Shown here: positions 1-14,377 of the stretch, piece after piece
How the letters are laid out: each line of letters opens with the position of its first letter
Numbering within the stretch: position 1 is the first letter of the stretch
From: Eledone cirrhosa
Lineage: Eukaryota
DNA length: 64,000 nt
Direction of reading: 5' to 3'
Assembly: GCA_964016885.1 (NCBI GenBank)
Contig: OZ024740.1
Location: 179,366,001 to 179,430,000, forward strand
Made by a program: the position numbers and the translations under genes
Notes under the pieces: model-generated
The model's input: the letters and a program-made list of their open reading frames with translations, nothing else
Told to the model about the DNA's origin: nothing
Database searches by the model: none

Positions 1-1495
1 TACCTTCACCATCTTTGTGATCATCCAGATTTTTTTCCATTGTTGAATATCATCAGATATTTGCCTTTTGTCAAAACTGATCATCATGGTGCAGTACGTA
101 TGTGGTTATAGTGCAAGGAGACCCACTGTAAATTCCTGCATTCAAATTTTGCTACAATTGACTACAATTGTCCTATTATAGTAATGTGCACATATCTGCC
201 TCCTTCAGCTTCATTGATAAAATAGTTATTAATTTGCTGTAGTAAGTCTATTCTGTTATAAATAATAACACAATTTCCCCCACAATGAGGGCAAAACAAA
301 ACAATAATAGTTATAAATGGGCAAATATGAAGTTAGAATTTAATATTTTTCTTTAATTGTCAAATTAAAACTTTCTAAAATCATAATTAAAATAAAGGGC
401 CGGAGAAAGGAATTACCAGAAAAGTGTTGTGAAAATGATGTCTCACCAACGTAAATAATCAACAAGGGTTTTTATTCATGTCCGGTTTTGATCGTTTACA
501 ATTTTCAAGTACTATCAACATTAATATATTATTTTCACAATCGGGATGATTCCGCAAGTGCATATAAAATCATTTTAGGCCAAACCCCAAAGAAATCTTT
601 CAAGCGTATTAGCAAATACTTCATCGATATCTAAAACAACCCATACTTTGTTTTTTCTATTAAATATATAACAAGTTCTGACTCGTTGATCAAATAACCG
701 ACGGTTTTCCCACTTGTCTTCCAACAGTTTCTACCGTGTTTCTCCGTCAATCTATACACCTCTCTCACTCTTTAAAACTCGAAATTGGAAATTCTTTCAT
801 GTTATTTATGCAGATATAAATATCCATATTACCTAGATAGATTTCACCAATAAGCAGAGGCATGTGATGGCCATGCGATAAATCAACTTATTTCAAAATA
901 TTTTTATTTAAAAAAGAAATCAAACAAAGTATTGTCATTTTTCAATAAGTAGCCTTCAAACATATCACTCTCTCCTCTGTCAGAATGCTGCTCTCTGCAT
1001 TGCAATTGTAAGACATGATAAATATGTTACAAGCGAGATGCATATACACTCATATCCACACACACATCAACACATAAAAGTGAACGGGACACAGGCAATC
1101 ACATGATGAAATAAATACACTTAAGCAGAAACAACAAATATAAGTTGGCATCATGTCAAATTGATAGGAAAATGGCACTGAGAAAAAACTAAACGTCTTA
1201 GAGTGACAGCCATTTGAATAAATATGTCCACATATACCTGAATATTGACATGTATTTTTATCTACATTACTATTATGATATTTTATCATGAATATTTTTG
1301 ATTGACAGAAATGTTGGTGAATCGCACAAAAGCCTTAAGGTATATGACCGGCTTTTTATGCTTTGAGTCCCATTGACGCTGAGGTCAAATTTACTTTACA
1401 GAGGCGAAAAAAACAAGATACCCGTCTAGTGCTGTGTCGATATAATAGATTTTACCATCCTTGTACCGAAATTATTAATATTATTGTTATTATTT

Positions 1496-1840
1496 TGGAT
1501 TGGCAGTATCGGCAGAGCGTCAGATACCATGCAGCATAGAGTTACAGCCTATTACGATCTGAGTTCAAATCCCGCCTAGGCTAACGTTGCCTTTCATCCT
1601 TACGGGGTCGATAAAATAAAGTACCAGTAACACACTAGGGTCGATTTAATCGACTTTCCCCTTCCCCCAAATTGTTGGCCTTGTGTCTAAATGAGAAAAC
1701 ATCATTCCGCTGAGGTTGACTTTGCCTTTCATCCTTACGGGGTCGATAAAATAAAGTACCAGTAATGCACTGGGTAATTGCTGGCCTTGTGCCTAAAGTA
1801 GAAACAATTATTATTAATATTATTATAATTATTATGATTA
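1496..1840 (+). mobile_element. tRNA-derived SINE with Meta-like domain, one copy plus a tandem 3' partial copy
   Basis: B-box-like gagttcaaatccc, then gcctttcatccttacggggtcgataaaataaagtaccag and a gtagaaacaattattatt tail; about 10 related copies occur in the window. Confidence 0.85.
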
Positions 1841-1844
1841 TGAA

Positions 1845-2600
1845 CAGAGTTGTAACACTAAATCCATAGAATATGAAGCTGAACGTACACCTGTTGACAC
1901 CGATAACAAAGCTCAGTAAAAAATATGTGGGTATGGTGCACAAAAGATTTAAACAGAAGTTTAATTCGCATGCACCACTCTCTTGATGACGACATCGTGA
2001 AATATGAAGACAACTAAGGCCCCTCCAAGACGTACTCGGCAATTAAATAACAAGTGCATTCATCAATAAAAAATGGAGGATTTTGGAATCACTCTTTTCC
2101 TACAACCTTTCTCTCTCTCCCATTTACTTATTCCCTCTCACTCTCTCCCACTCACTTATTCTCTTTCTCTCTTACCATCTATATCCTTTCTCTCCCTCTC
2201 TATCTGCTCCCTTACCACTTCTCCCTCTCCTCACTTCCGTTTCCCTTCGTCTCATCCTCTTTGCGCCCGTTCGCTCTATGACCAGACGTTGTTCTCTTAA
2301 CTCTCCCTCGTGCTGATAATACGGATTCAGGACTTACGTTCTGTCTCTCTCCCACCAGTTACTGCAACTTACATGTATTAGTGACTCGTGTTTTCCCCTC
2401 TCTATCGGCATGGTTTTCCTTTGTTTATTTTCTTTTTCCGTCGATCTCTTTTTTGTTGTTGTTTTCTTCCCTGATAATTATTCATGTTAGTTATTAACTC
2501 AAATGTTTTTAACAGAGAACGAAGGATAGCCTCGGACAGAAACATGAATGTAAAATCTAATAATTTTTCTTCCCCATTTTATTATTATTCCTATAAATAT
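1845..2600 (+). pseudogene. Degenerate Penelope-like 3' fragment (GIY-YIG remnant plus pyrimidine-rich 3' region)
   Basis: Hand translation gives SCNTKSIEYEAE and, in another frame, KKYVGMVHKRFKQKFNSH, resembling the PLE endonuclease pattern C.TKS.IY.A ... YIG...FK.R...H. Confidence 0.55.
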
Positions 2601-3719
2601 GTAACTTAACTGCACTTTTCACTTGCGCTGTTAAACAACATATACTGCTGAAATCCTTACCACTATTAAATTCCGAAATGCTCACTTAATAAATAAATGT
2701 TTTGATATCATACTGAAAAAATCCCTCCAGCATTTTTTACTGAATCTTTTCCTTTTTACTATTTGTTTATATATATATATTATACATGTATATATATATA
2801 TATACATGTGGGTGTGCCCTTCTACTATAATAAGGTAATGTTGAGTGGTCCAACTAATGATACAACATTTATATTTGAGAATGCTTTCACTGATTGTAAT
2901 TATTATCATTGTTTATACGGTCACATTTCACTTAATTAGAAACACAATCTTTGTTGCAAAGTGTGGATTGTTGAATTAGTATCCCTCCCTTTCCTTTTCT
3001 AGTCTGAAATGTGTCTCTCTAATTAACAATGTGTTTGTTGTTTCCTACAGTTTATTTTAAATTCTGATTAAATACATTTATAAACTTATAATATTAACTG
3101 ATTAAGTGGATTCAAACCTCGAAGGCAAACTTCTAATCTTTTAAGTATTTCTATTTACGCTGGATATTGTTATTTAACCTTTATTCTAAATACATCTCAT
3201 ATAAATATCGATTCAATTGTGTTTCAATCTAATAACATAATAGATACATTAATCGTCTTTCTCATAACTCAGATATTTATTTACTTAAGATTAATGATAT
3301 AATTATTAGAATTCTTTGCAAATATTTATCTACAGAATAAATATGTTAAATATGTTCTTTATAGAAACTTCTAGGCACTTATTTGGTTTCGGATGCTTAC
3401 ATTTTACAAGGGACCCTCTACTAGTAATCAATCTAAGTAGTTTTTTGCTGGAAGCGACCACAATCAAAATCTGTTTTGTAAGAAGTTCATATTTTAGCAA
3501 ATGAAAGAAATCGATGAGGTTGCAAATTGTCATATGAGGACTGGAAAGAAATCAGTGGAAATACAACACTCGTATCTGATAATAATTTAGTAGTGGTTAT
3601 ACGCAAAAATGACCGAGGATTATTATATCCACTTGCGAAAGATAAGAACACATTAAGAAGATATATGCTTGGCATTGAAGTGCCACCAATGGTTAGTTCA
3701 TCTTTGTAGATTGTTCTAC

Positions 3720-6400
3720 GTATACGATATGTTTTTCCATTGAATGTTTGCTTGTCATTCTGCCTTTTATGTTGCTTTGGCGCCTTTTTCTAATCCAAAC
3801 TCCATAACATTGCTGAACTCCGTAACATTCTGCAGCAATCCTTATGAGTTTTCAATTTTGGCATACGGCTTCATGTCATCCATATAAAACCGGTAATATC
3901 TTGTTTTGTTGTCTTTTTGGAGCCATATTGTGTTCTGTTAAGCGCTAAAGACAGCCGTGTGAGTGCAATACAAAATAACAGAGGAGAAACGAATCATCTT
4001 CAAATATACTTATGCTGTTGAATTTATAGTTCTATCAATTTGTGATAGTGACAATTTGTATTCCCTATAGACATGTTGTATTTCAGGAAGTTTGATATTA
4101 TTGGGGGAATGTTTAGAACATAGAAAGTTTTCAAATCCCATATGGGGGAAAACTGTCAAATGCTTTCTCATAGTCAATCCAAGCAGTACTCAGATTTCTC
4201 TACTTTTTGTGATTGTTGACCATTTGTTGGCATTCTTTATTGTCAGCTCAGTTCTTCCATAGTTATGCCCTGCTAAGTCTGCCTTTCTAAATTATTGTAT
4301 GTTTCTTCCATGTTTTTTTATCTATACTGCATTCGCATTATGGGATTATTCTCTACTCCATACTGTTTTCCAGAATACTTAAATTTCATGGTTTGAAAGT
4401 GGTTCCTTTTCTTTAATTGTCTATGTCCCAATTTACCTATAAAATATTTTTACATCTGACATAAACAGCTTATTTCGCTTTTCAAATCCTTTGAATCTTT
4501 AAGCTTTCAATTGTACTTTCTGTTTCAGGGTGTGATTGAGGGAATATCAGGTTTTGAAGTTACTTTGTAATTCTTGGTTTCACTCTCACAAAGCGAAAGT
4601 GTAGACGCCATGCAGCTCAGAAAATCACCGATGCTGACTATGCGGATGATTTGGCGGTCCTCGCTGACTACCTTAAGGATGCAACATCACTACTTCACAG
4701 CATCGAATCAGTTGCAAAGGAAATCGGACTCTATGTCAACGCAGGCAAAACAGAATCTATTTGCCTGAACCAAGACTCCTCAGTTGGTATGCGAAGTCTA
4801 AATGGCGATATAATCAAGCAAGTTGTCGACTTCAAATACTTGGGTAGCTATATTGCCTTCACAGAACATGGTGTTAACATCAGACTGGGAAAAGCCTGGG
4901 GAGAATTAAATGCAATGGAAAAAATATGGAAATCAAACCTGCCGGCCAAACTGAAAAGGAATTTCTTCAGAGCTGCTGTGGAATCTGTGCTTGTTTATGG
5001 CTCTATCACTTGGACGCTAACGTCAAAACTGGAGAAAAAGCTAGACGTATGCTCCGTGCTGCTTTAAACGTATCTTGGAGGGAACACCCAACAAATAAGT
5101 ATCTCTATGGCAATATACCGCCTATCAGCAATTCAATACGTAAACAGAGAATCAGATTTGCTGGCCACTATTGGCGCAGCAAGGAAGAAATAGCAGGCGA
5201 TGTATTGTTATGGAGTAAGTAACGCTGGTCGTCCCAAGAAGACATACGTCAAACAACTTGAGGACGATACTGGATGCACTGCGGAAGAACTGGCAAACGC
5301 TATGAGAGACAGAGATGGATGGAGGAAACGTGTCGTAGAATTCCGAGCAAGCTCGACCTGATGATGATGATTGTAATTCTTAATCACTCTCTCTCCTATT
5401 ATTGACTTGATAGATTTCCCACCACATATTTCATCTAGTATCAATATTTTCCCCTTGATCATTTCAATTTCTTTCTCTATTTTTATTTTCCAAGGTAGTT
5501 TTTTTGTGAGTATTCTTTTGGCTTTTTCATTAATCCACATTTTTTTTATTTTCTATTACCGTTGCTGCTGCATAAATAACCTAATTCAGTCATGTTATAT
5601 AAGGGTTCATCTTTTCAATTATTACTTTAAAACCTAATTTCCAGGTCGTATGTGCATTTTGTTCTGGTTGTTACTTGTCAAATTTTCAAAGTAATCTCTT
5701 TCACCCATGCTAATGCTCCGTTGTGTTTCTCGTACCTTTCCAATGATCTGTGAAATCTCTCTTCGTGACAATATAGTAAATACGTCTTGTGGGGAATTTC
5801 CTGTCATATATTCATATCTATCCCTTTTTGATATTATTATCATTATCATCATCATTGTTTTTGTTGTTGTTATTTGGTAATTTCGCTTGGTTCTGTTCTG
5901 TTTCTTGTTTGCCAAGTGCAATAGAGGTTTTTATTGTAGAAGGTGCGAGAGAGATAGAGATAGAAAGAGAGAGTGAGTGAGAGGTTGATCTCTATTTCTA
6001 GCTCTATGTACTTTGACAGTTTTCCTATTGTTTTTACAAATGTGTTCTTGTCAGCTGGTACATCAATATCTATAAGACCGATCTCTTTTGTATTTTATGA
6101 TGATATCTGATTTGTTGGTAGCGATTTCTAAGTCAGTCATCACATATGTTGCCATTTTACCTGACTGTTTTTGGATAGTGTTCACACAATTTGTCGGGGG
6201 ATTGGATGTACGAGAGTGGCAGCCCGTCTAATGTACATATTTGGCAATGTAGCTGCTTTTCCCAATAAGATTTTGCCAGGGTTTAATTCCTCTGTTTGAA
6301 GTCGCTAGCTCTGCATCACCCTGTTATTTGTCTGTTACGAGTTTATAGTGTTCCATGTTCAGATTCTGAATGTTCTTGCCCCTTTTGCTATTGACTATTA
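3720..6400 (-). mobile_element. Decayed R4/Dong-clade non-LTR retrotransposon, interrupted by an RTE insertion
   Basis: Minus-strand translations LSTAWIDYEKAFDS, DSF..LLFCIAL, FYMDDMKPYA and PWKIKIEKEI; many stops and frameshifts. Boundaries approximate. Confidence 0.75.
4576..5370 (+). mobile_element. 5'-truncated RTE-clade LINE
   Basis: [25 protein letters not shown] and RIRFAGHYWR motifs; (TGA)n tail; 11-bp target-site duplication ttgtaattctt at 4565-4575 and 5371-5381. Confidence 0.93.
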
Positions 6401-7091
6401 CAAATACATATATTAAGAATCTAATAGATGAGAATTATTAATATTAACTATTAGATATTAAATATTATCTATTCTCCTGCCAGATATAGACATACGGTTG
6501 AGTAATAATTGACTACTGCAGAAAGAATCGGTAGCATTATAACAATTATGAAGATTACGTTGGTATCTAGAGTTGAGTCCAACTTATTGTAGTCCATTGC
6601 TAAAGAAAAAGATGTATATGGAACTCCTGACTACAACCTTGATGGTGCTTAATGAACCATTTTTTGCGAGAAGAATATCGTTCGTTAGGATTTTATTGTT
6701 GGCGATTTCACTTATGAGATAGCTACGCAAACTAGGAGTTGAACTACCTGCAGACGAACCATGATGTGAAAAAGCGGCCATTTCGGTATATTTATGTAAA
6801 GATCATATATCTGTAAAAAAAAGTCTCCTAAGCTTTCAATGTATATTCAGCATAAAGGTTTAACCCTGAAATTAGAGTCACAGTTTCAGTTATGGTTTAT
6901 GGTCTGCTTGAAATAAATAGTAATAATATAATGTTGCTTCAGTACGCAGAATCAGAGTAGAAGTTATCTTCTAATAAGGATGCAATTATGTATGAAATGT
7001 ATGAAGATAATTTCAAATGCTTCTCTGTGAAAAGAGGGAAAATAGTGATGCTTCTAATTAAAAATATCTGTACTAAATTTATCATAACTCG

Positions 7092-7190
<99 letters not shown>

Positions 7191-8461
7191 CTTAGTCAGT
7201 AGAGCTTTGGGTGAATGTATGTGGCCAAGAAGTCAAACATTATTAATAATGTATAGTAAAATTTCTCATATTTAGGAGCTGTTGCACCACTTGACCACTA
7301 CCCAGGTTTAGTCTCCAGGCCTGTTCGTTCATGCTAGAAATTTAATGTGGTCTAAATAAAAATAGCAATTATATCGATATTTCTTTGTCCATAGCGGTAT
7401 ACTGAAATACTGTTTCGTTCATTACTGACTGCTTTTGGGATGGAGCTAATCTCACTCCTCTATCTTAATAAATCTGTAAATTAAGTAGAGTGGTATTTAA
7501 AAGGTTTGGTAACCTTTAAGTGTGTTATGTTGCCTGATAATTTGAGAAATTCCAAATTGACACAACTATGAAGATGGTCGAATAGTTGATCAGATATAAT
7601 ATTTGTGATATCACAAACATTTTCATTGCTTCATTAAAAAATCTAAACAGTGTTTTGTCATCCTCATGGATCATTCTTGTGTATTTTAATCAATAATAGC
7701 ATTCATATATTACCAAGTTACAAGATGATTCTCATCATTATCTACACAACCCAACAACGTATGATGCATCTTCATAAAGATAACGAAAGGAGGAGTGAAA
7801 GTAAGAAAGGCAATACGCACGACTAAATAATCTTTATTTTCTTGTTAGGGTTAATCAAAAAATATTTAACCAAACTGAATTTTTATTCACTACATTTTAT
7901 AAATTACATTTTGCTTTATCAAAGTTTTAGACGTTACTTTTTCTTTTAAGTAATGTGAATAATTTTCCTGTGACAATATTGTAAAAAACTACAAAATTCA
8001 AGTAATAAATATCTTATTGGAATGGTATCAATAGAACTACTGTCATAGTTTATATTACGTTTATAGAATTTTTTTCCTTTCTTCCAATATAAATTCTATA
8101 CAGAATCATTATGCTTGCTAACCAAAATATTCATAAATAATAAAGACATAAAGGAATGGAATTTCTAAAGTTGAGTTGAGAGTTAATTGCTTCTCATAGC
8201 GGTACAGACAAAATTTTACTTTTGGAACAAAAAATGTTTATTTGCCTTTTACCTATCTCTTCGCTTTTTAAGCAAATAAATATTAAGGTGATATGGTCTT
8301 GTTATATAGGTACCTATTTGTCTGATTATTCTGTGTATATTCCTATTTGTCTATTATTATGGCTGTGTGCCTGTTTGTTTTTCTTTATTTCTTTCTATCA
8401 TTCTCTTTCCACTGTCTTTCTATACGTATATGGGAATAAATGTCATACGATTATAGACGCT

Positions 8462-8499
<38 letters not shown>

Positions 8500-8515
8500 G
8501 ACACACACTCACATA

Positions 8516-8556
<41 letters not shown>

Positions 8557-9053
8557 CGATATAATTTATATTAATATTTATTAATATCCACACACACTAT
8601 CACACATATATGTACACATTATTTTAGGAGAACGTACATCACAAAGTTTGTAATGATATTTTTTTAGCTTTATATCAAACAGGTTTCTACTATTCTATTT
8701 ATTAAATAAATGTTTATTATTTCTATAGTCGTTATAGAAGTATTATAAACGGGATGTTTTTATCAATATCAAAGTGTTGGGTTTTATTTATTTTGAAAAA
8801 TTTATTTATTTTTAATGAATAATGCACTCAAGTGGTACGTAAACCTATTAACATCTACTAACCTCCAACTGATGACTTACACTTTGGATTAGTGTTCTCT
8901 TAATGGCAATTTTATGATGAGTTAGTTGAACTTTATCACTCCTCCTCCCCTTCACCCGCCTTACGCTCAATTCATTCGTTTATTTCTCTAAAAGACAGCC
9001 TTCAGCTTTCAAGTTGAATCTATATTGCACGCAACGTAGTCTGGAGGATAATG

Positions 9054-9133
<80 letters not shown>

Positions 9134-9145
9134 GTGGGGGGTGTG

Positions 9146-9183
<38 letters not shown>

Positions 9184-9211
9184 CGTGTGTGTGTCTATAT
9201 ATATATATATA

Positions 9212-9245
<34 letters not shown>

Positions 9246-9526
9246 TTGTGTGTGTTTGAATGTGCGTGGGCGTGTGTGCCCACATGTATATGCATATGTG
9301 TGAGTGTATTATGTGTTGTATGTGCTTGTGTATGTGTATATGTGTACGTTTGAGTTTGTATATATAACTATTAATGTTGGCTTTAATTATACCATATTAT
9401 TTTGTGTTTCTAAGCATTTATTTCAAGTTTCTGAAAAGACTGACGTGTTTACTTTATGAGTGATTTGCCCTTTCATATGTTTGCCCTTTTCATCTGCTTC
9501 GATAAGCACATCAACGCCACATAGAC

Positions 9527-9646
<120 letters not shown>

Positions 9647-9740
9647 ATACACATATATATATATATTTATATATATACATATATACATATATATATATAT
9701 ATACATATATATGCATGTGTGTTTGTGGGCGTTTTGTGTG

Positions 9741-9790
<50 letters not shown>

Positions 9791-10077
9791 AAATATGTGA
9801 GTGAGTTTGTATGTGTGTATGTGTGTGAGCTTGTGTCTGTATGAGTATGTCTAGATGAATGTTTAAATCTCTCATTTTTACGGTAACGAATCCTCATTGG
9901 TAGATATTTGCTCTAAATGTTGAATTTACTTTAGGATATACGAGTACTCTTTTCAAAACATATTGCTTCATTTCATTTTCATGTGTCTCATCGTATTACC
10001 TCTCATTGTATATGAGGCTCTTCGTTTAGCGCCAGGCATAAAGGAAATATATGCATTATATTTGCCAGGAATAAATC

Positions 10078-10179
<102 letters not shown>

Positions 10180-10241
10180 AGAAAGAGATAAAGGGAAAGA
10201 GGAAGAGAGAGAGAGGAAGATTGAGAGAGAAATGATAGATA

Positions 10242-13200
10242 CATTTCTTTATTAGCCACAAGGGCACAGAAGAAGGGGACAGATACAAATGGGGAGTCTA
10301 CATACAGGTATATGAAAATACAATTATTAATAAAATAACAAATAACAATTGAAATCCCCAATAGAGGGGGGAGGCGTTACACAGGGGTTGTACACACCCC
10401 GAAAAAAATGTACAACCCTCATCTCCAGGAGCACCAAGAGTGAGTACTCCTTTCCTCTTTTCCTCTTTTTCCTCAACCTACAGGCTTATATAGAGAGAAG
10501 GCTCAACCACTCGGGCCATCTTTGCCACATTTACCCACCTTTTATAAAATTTGCTGGGGTACAGCACCTCCTCTCCATCCGGCAGGGTGTTGGCAGCAGA
10601 TGGATCTTCTCACCAAAGAAGCCCGTTTCTTCCAAAGGAATTGGAAGAGCGCGCACTTTATTTTGGTGAGCGTTTTAGCTGGACAAGGCACGACGGTCAA
10701 GCGGTAGTAGATGACGGACGCTATAAAAGTGTTCACCACCTCCGCTCGACCATTCAAGGACAGTTTGCACTCGGCCCACTTCTGGGTGATCGCAAACACC
10801 TTGGCCGTCACCTCGTTCCAGTTCTTCTCCACCTGGAGGTCCGGACCAAACCAAACCCCGAGCAGCTTTACCGGTCTTTCCGTCCAGCGTCCGACGACGC
10901 CATCGGAAGCCATCGGTTTGCCTCTCCACGTTCCGAGTTGCAAACCGACGTATTTGTCCCAGTTCAGCTTCGCTCCTGTGAACGTTTCGTATTCCTCCAG
11001 TAAGGTGCCGACCACCCCGATTTGCGAGGTGTTCGACACCAATACTGTCACGTCGTCGGCGTAGGCCGACACCGCTTTTTGCAGTCCCGGTTCCAAAGGG
11101 ATGCCCTACAATAGCTCCAACTTCCGCAGTAGTGGTTCGAGAGTCAGTACGTACAGAAGGGAGGAGAGAGGGCATCCCTGTCGGATGGATCGCGTGATAG
11201 AGAACGGCTCCGAGAGGTAGCCGTTCACCTTGACCCTTGAGCAGATGTTGTTGTGCATTGCAGCAATCCAGCCCCTGGACACTGGTCCGAAGCCTGCCAC
11301 CTCGAGCACCGCATCCAGGTTGTCGTGTATGGACCTGGTCGGAATTTTAGCATGTCTGCGCTTCTCCCACCAGGTTTTCGACGACATGCACCAGCCTCTT
11401 TGCCAACACCTTAGCCAAAATTTGTAACTCTGTGTTTAGCAGAGTTATAGGCCGGAAGTTGCCTATATCATCCCCCTTATTCTCATCCTTCCTGACTAAC
11501 ATGACTACGCCATAAGGGCAGCAGAACTGGGAATTTTCCCGTTCTGCTGCCAGTTGCAGTAGACCGCTTCCAGGAGACCGGAGAACAAGTCCGGCATTGG
11601 TACGTAAAATTCGTAGGGTAGACCGTTGAGACCTGGAGATTTTCGTTTGCCTCATTGGGTCAGCGCATCCTCTATCTCAGCGACCGAAATCGGCCTTTAC
11701 TTCGCCTTGCCGTCCGAGAGTCGCGGCAGGCCGTCGAGGTATGGACTGAAATCCATAGCCCCTCCCGGCGCGCCGCCCTGCCCGAACAGTTGACCAAAGT
11801 GCCGCTGAAAGGCCGCGCACATCTGCTTCGGCTCACGTTCACGCGTCCGTCGAAGACCGAATCATTGACTTGTTGCCACTTTTCGCCTCCGTCACTCAGG
11901 CCCAGCTAACAGCTTTGGCTCCCTCGTTTCCCAGAGCACGTATTTTGCTCCTGACAACGCAGCCTTAATGCTTTGCGTCGAAGAACTGGTCCAAGGCCAT
12001 TCTCGTCGCTAGCACGCTGGCTATCTTGCCATTCCTAAGTGCCTCTTTTACTTTATCTACCAGTTCCTTTTCGGTCTTATTTTTATCTAACACTAATTCT
12101 TTACTAAAACCTATCGAGTCTAATTTAACTGCCATCTTGAGAGAGTACCACCATTTATTGTTGACAATGGCCCCCGTCAAGTGCTGCTCAACTAAAATGC
12201 TAATCCCTCTACTGTAGGCTTTGCATGTTGGTAACGACAAGTTCAGCTTCCAGTAGCCGGGTCCCTGTTTATGGGTTCTGTCAAGGTTGAATAAGCAGGT
12301 CACTAGTTTGTGATCTGAATAAGCAACCATAAATATTTGTGGACAGCTTAACATGTCCCTATCGCTAACTCTAACTAGAAACCTATCTAGGTACGATCTA
12401 GATGTTCCGCTATGGTTGGTCCACGTCCACAATGGCACAGTTGGAAAATCTAGTCGATATCTATCGGCCATGTCAAATCGGCCGATTAACTGTTTGAGGC
12501 TGTTTCACCCCCCTCTATCGCGACATGCTCCCACATAGTCCCAACGTGCATCTAGGATTCCATTCCAGTCCCCCACTAACAGCAGGGCGTGGGACTTTCC
12601 CAGAAAAGTCTCTAGACGTTTGAAGATGTCTGGCCGCGGTGTCCCGGATAGGGCATATGCGGCCACCAGCCTGAAGGCTCCACCTTCACTACCATCAACG
12701 TCTAGGACCACCTTTCGACCCTCCGGGTCCAGATGTACCGTCTGTGTTACGAGGTCCAGGTGTTTCCGCAGCAAAACGGCAACCTCACCTCCACCTCCCG
12801 GCTGACAGAGAGATGCGTAGATCTGTGTGTCGTCGAAGATGGGGGCCAGTTGTCGCTCGCTGTGCATCCTGGACTCGCAAATGGCTACTACATCCATACT
12901 GCGTGACCTGAGGTCGTTTAAGAGTTTGCCCTGTTTCCAGGGCATCCCCAGGCCGCGTACATTCACACATCCAACTCTTATATTGACCATGTTGGTGATG
13001 AAAAGTTAAAAGAAGAGGAAAAGAAATCACTCACCTCTTCGTCACCTGGGGACCAGGCTGCACAATTTCCATGGGGGTGTTGGAGGGGTTGTTTGGAGGA
13101 GTAGTGGTCTCTGGTGGGGTGGGGACGGAGATATTTGGTGGGGTGGGTGTCAGGTGGGGGGTGGGGTGGGGTGGGGAAACATTTCAAAAGGACGCGGTTA

Positions 13201-13925
13201 TAGGGTTTGACGCAGGGGTTACCTACGTCGTTAGGAAATTTTTCTTTTAACTGTTTATGTGTGTCCATGGAGATCCTAATCATTTTAAGGTTAGGATTCT
13301 CCGAAGAGTGTGTAAAAGTTTTCCCTTCGGTCCCCACCGAAGGGTTTTTATATATGGTGTATGTTAAAGTTTTATTATTAGTATTTATGTAGGTGTAACA
13401 TTTTTGTTGTGTTGTGTTGCTTTTTGTCTGTGGTTCTTGTGAGTGTTTACGTTTTGTAGTAGGTATTTTGTTTTCAGGAGGGGGTGTTTTTGTTTGTGCT
13501 GTTTGCGTCGCTTGTGTTGGTGAGTGTGTTTGTTGCACTTTTGTTTGTGTTATGACTTTTCTTTTTTCTTTTTACTGGTCGGAAAGGCTCTCCCTCATCG
13601 TCACCGTGTCACGATGATGAGGCCTCATCCGTGTTGTTGGGGAGGGGTACATTTTGGGGAGCTGTTATGAGTGTGGGTGTTTTGGGAGTTGTTTTAGGTG
13701 GGGAGGGGTTGGGTGGGACTGTGTTTGTCGTTTGTTTTGTTGTCACTATTTTTTTATGTTGTTGTTGTTGTTGTGGTGGTGGTTGTGGTGGTGGTGGTTG
13801 TTGTGCTCGTGTTGCAGGTGTTGGCAATAATACCTTTTTTTGGCTAGTTAGCCGAGGACAGGAAGCTCTCAGGTGACCCCTGCTTAGGCAGTGGTAACAC
13901 GAGGGTCGCCTCCGCTAGAACACAA
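10242..13925 (-). mobile_element. Tx1/L1-clade LINE: 5'-truncated ORF1 with CCHC knuckle, APE and RT ORF2 with deletions
   Basis: CYHCLSRGHLRASC near 13850-13900. APE motifs CVNVRGL, VGDWN, SYLDRF and SDHK. RT motifs FRPITLLN, RQGCPLS, AYADDV and KLLGVWF. The 3' end aataaaagaaa abuts a tatc/ga repeat. Confidence 0.92.
11965..12990 (-). pseudogene. Apurinic-like endonuclease domain of the Tx1 ORF2 (interrupted reading frame)
   Basis: ORFs 12505-12990 and 11965-12471 carry the conserved APE motifs and GPGYWKLN. Confidence 0.88.
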
Positions 13926-14260
13926 ACTGTACGTTAATAAATCTACAAGGGTAAGTACAATCTGGCGCCCTTTAAAATGTAAAATTATAGCTTATTCGGA
14001 AAATACAGCAAATTAATACATACCACTTCACTCTACGCATTTACCAATGAGATATCTATCATAAACAGTGAAATGTGTTACTAAAATGAACGAATAATAC
14101 TAGTTTCCTGCTATTTCAAGCGTTAAAATATGTACTGAGTGGTTTGCTTTTTTATTTATGTTTCCTTTTTACACACAGACACATACACACACAGAGAGAG
14201 ACACACACACGCTCTCACACACTCTCACACACACTCACACACACTCGCACACACTCATAT

Positions 14261-14377
<117 letters not shown>

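Noticed and set aside
1-250. Possible minus-strand exon ending at a GT donor at the window edge
   Set aside because: No recognisable protein similarity and no clear acceptor site.
3498-3709. Short plus-strand ORFs after a ttttag acceptor-like site
   Set aside because: No recognisable motif or supporting neighbouring exons.
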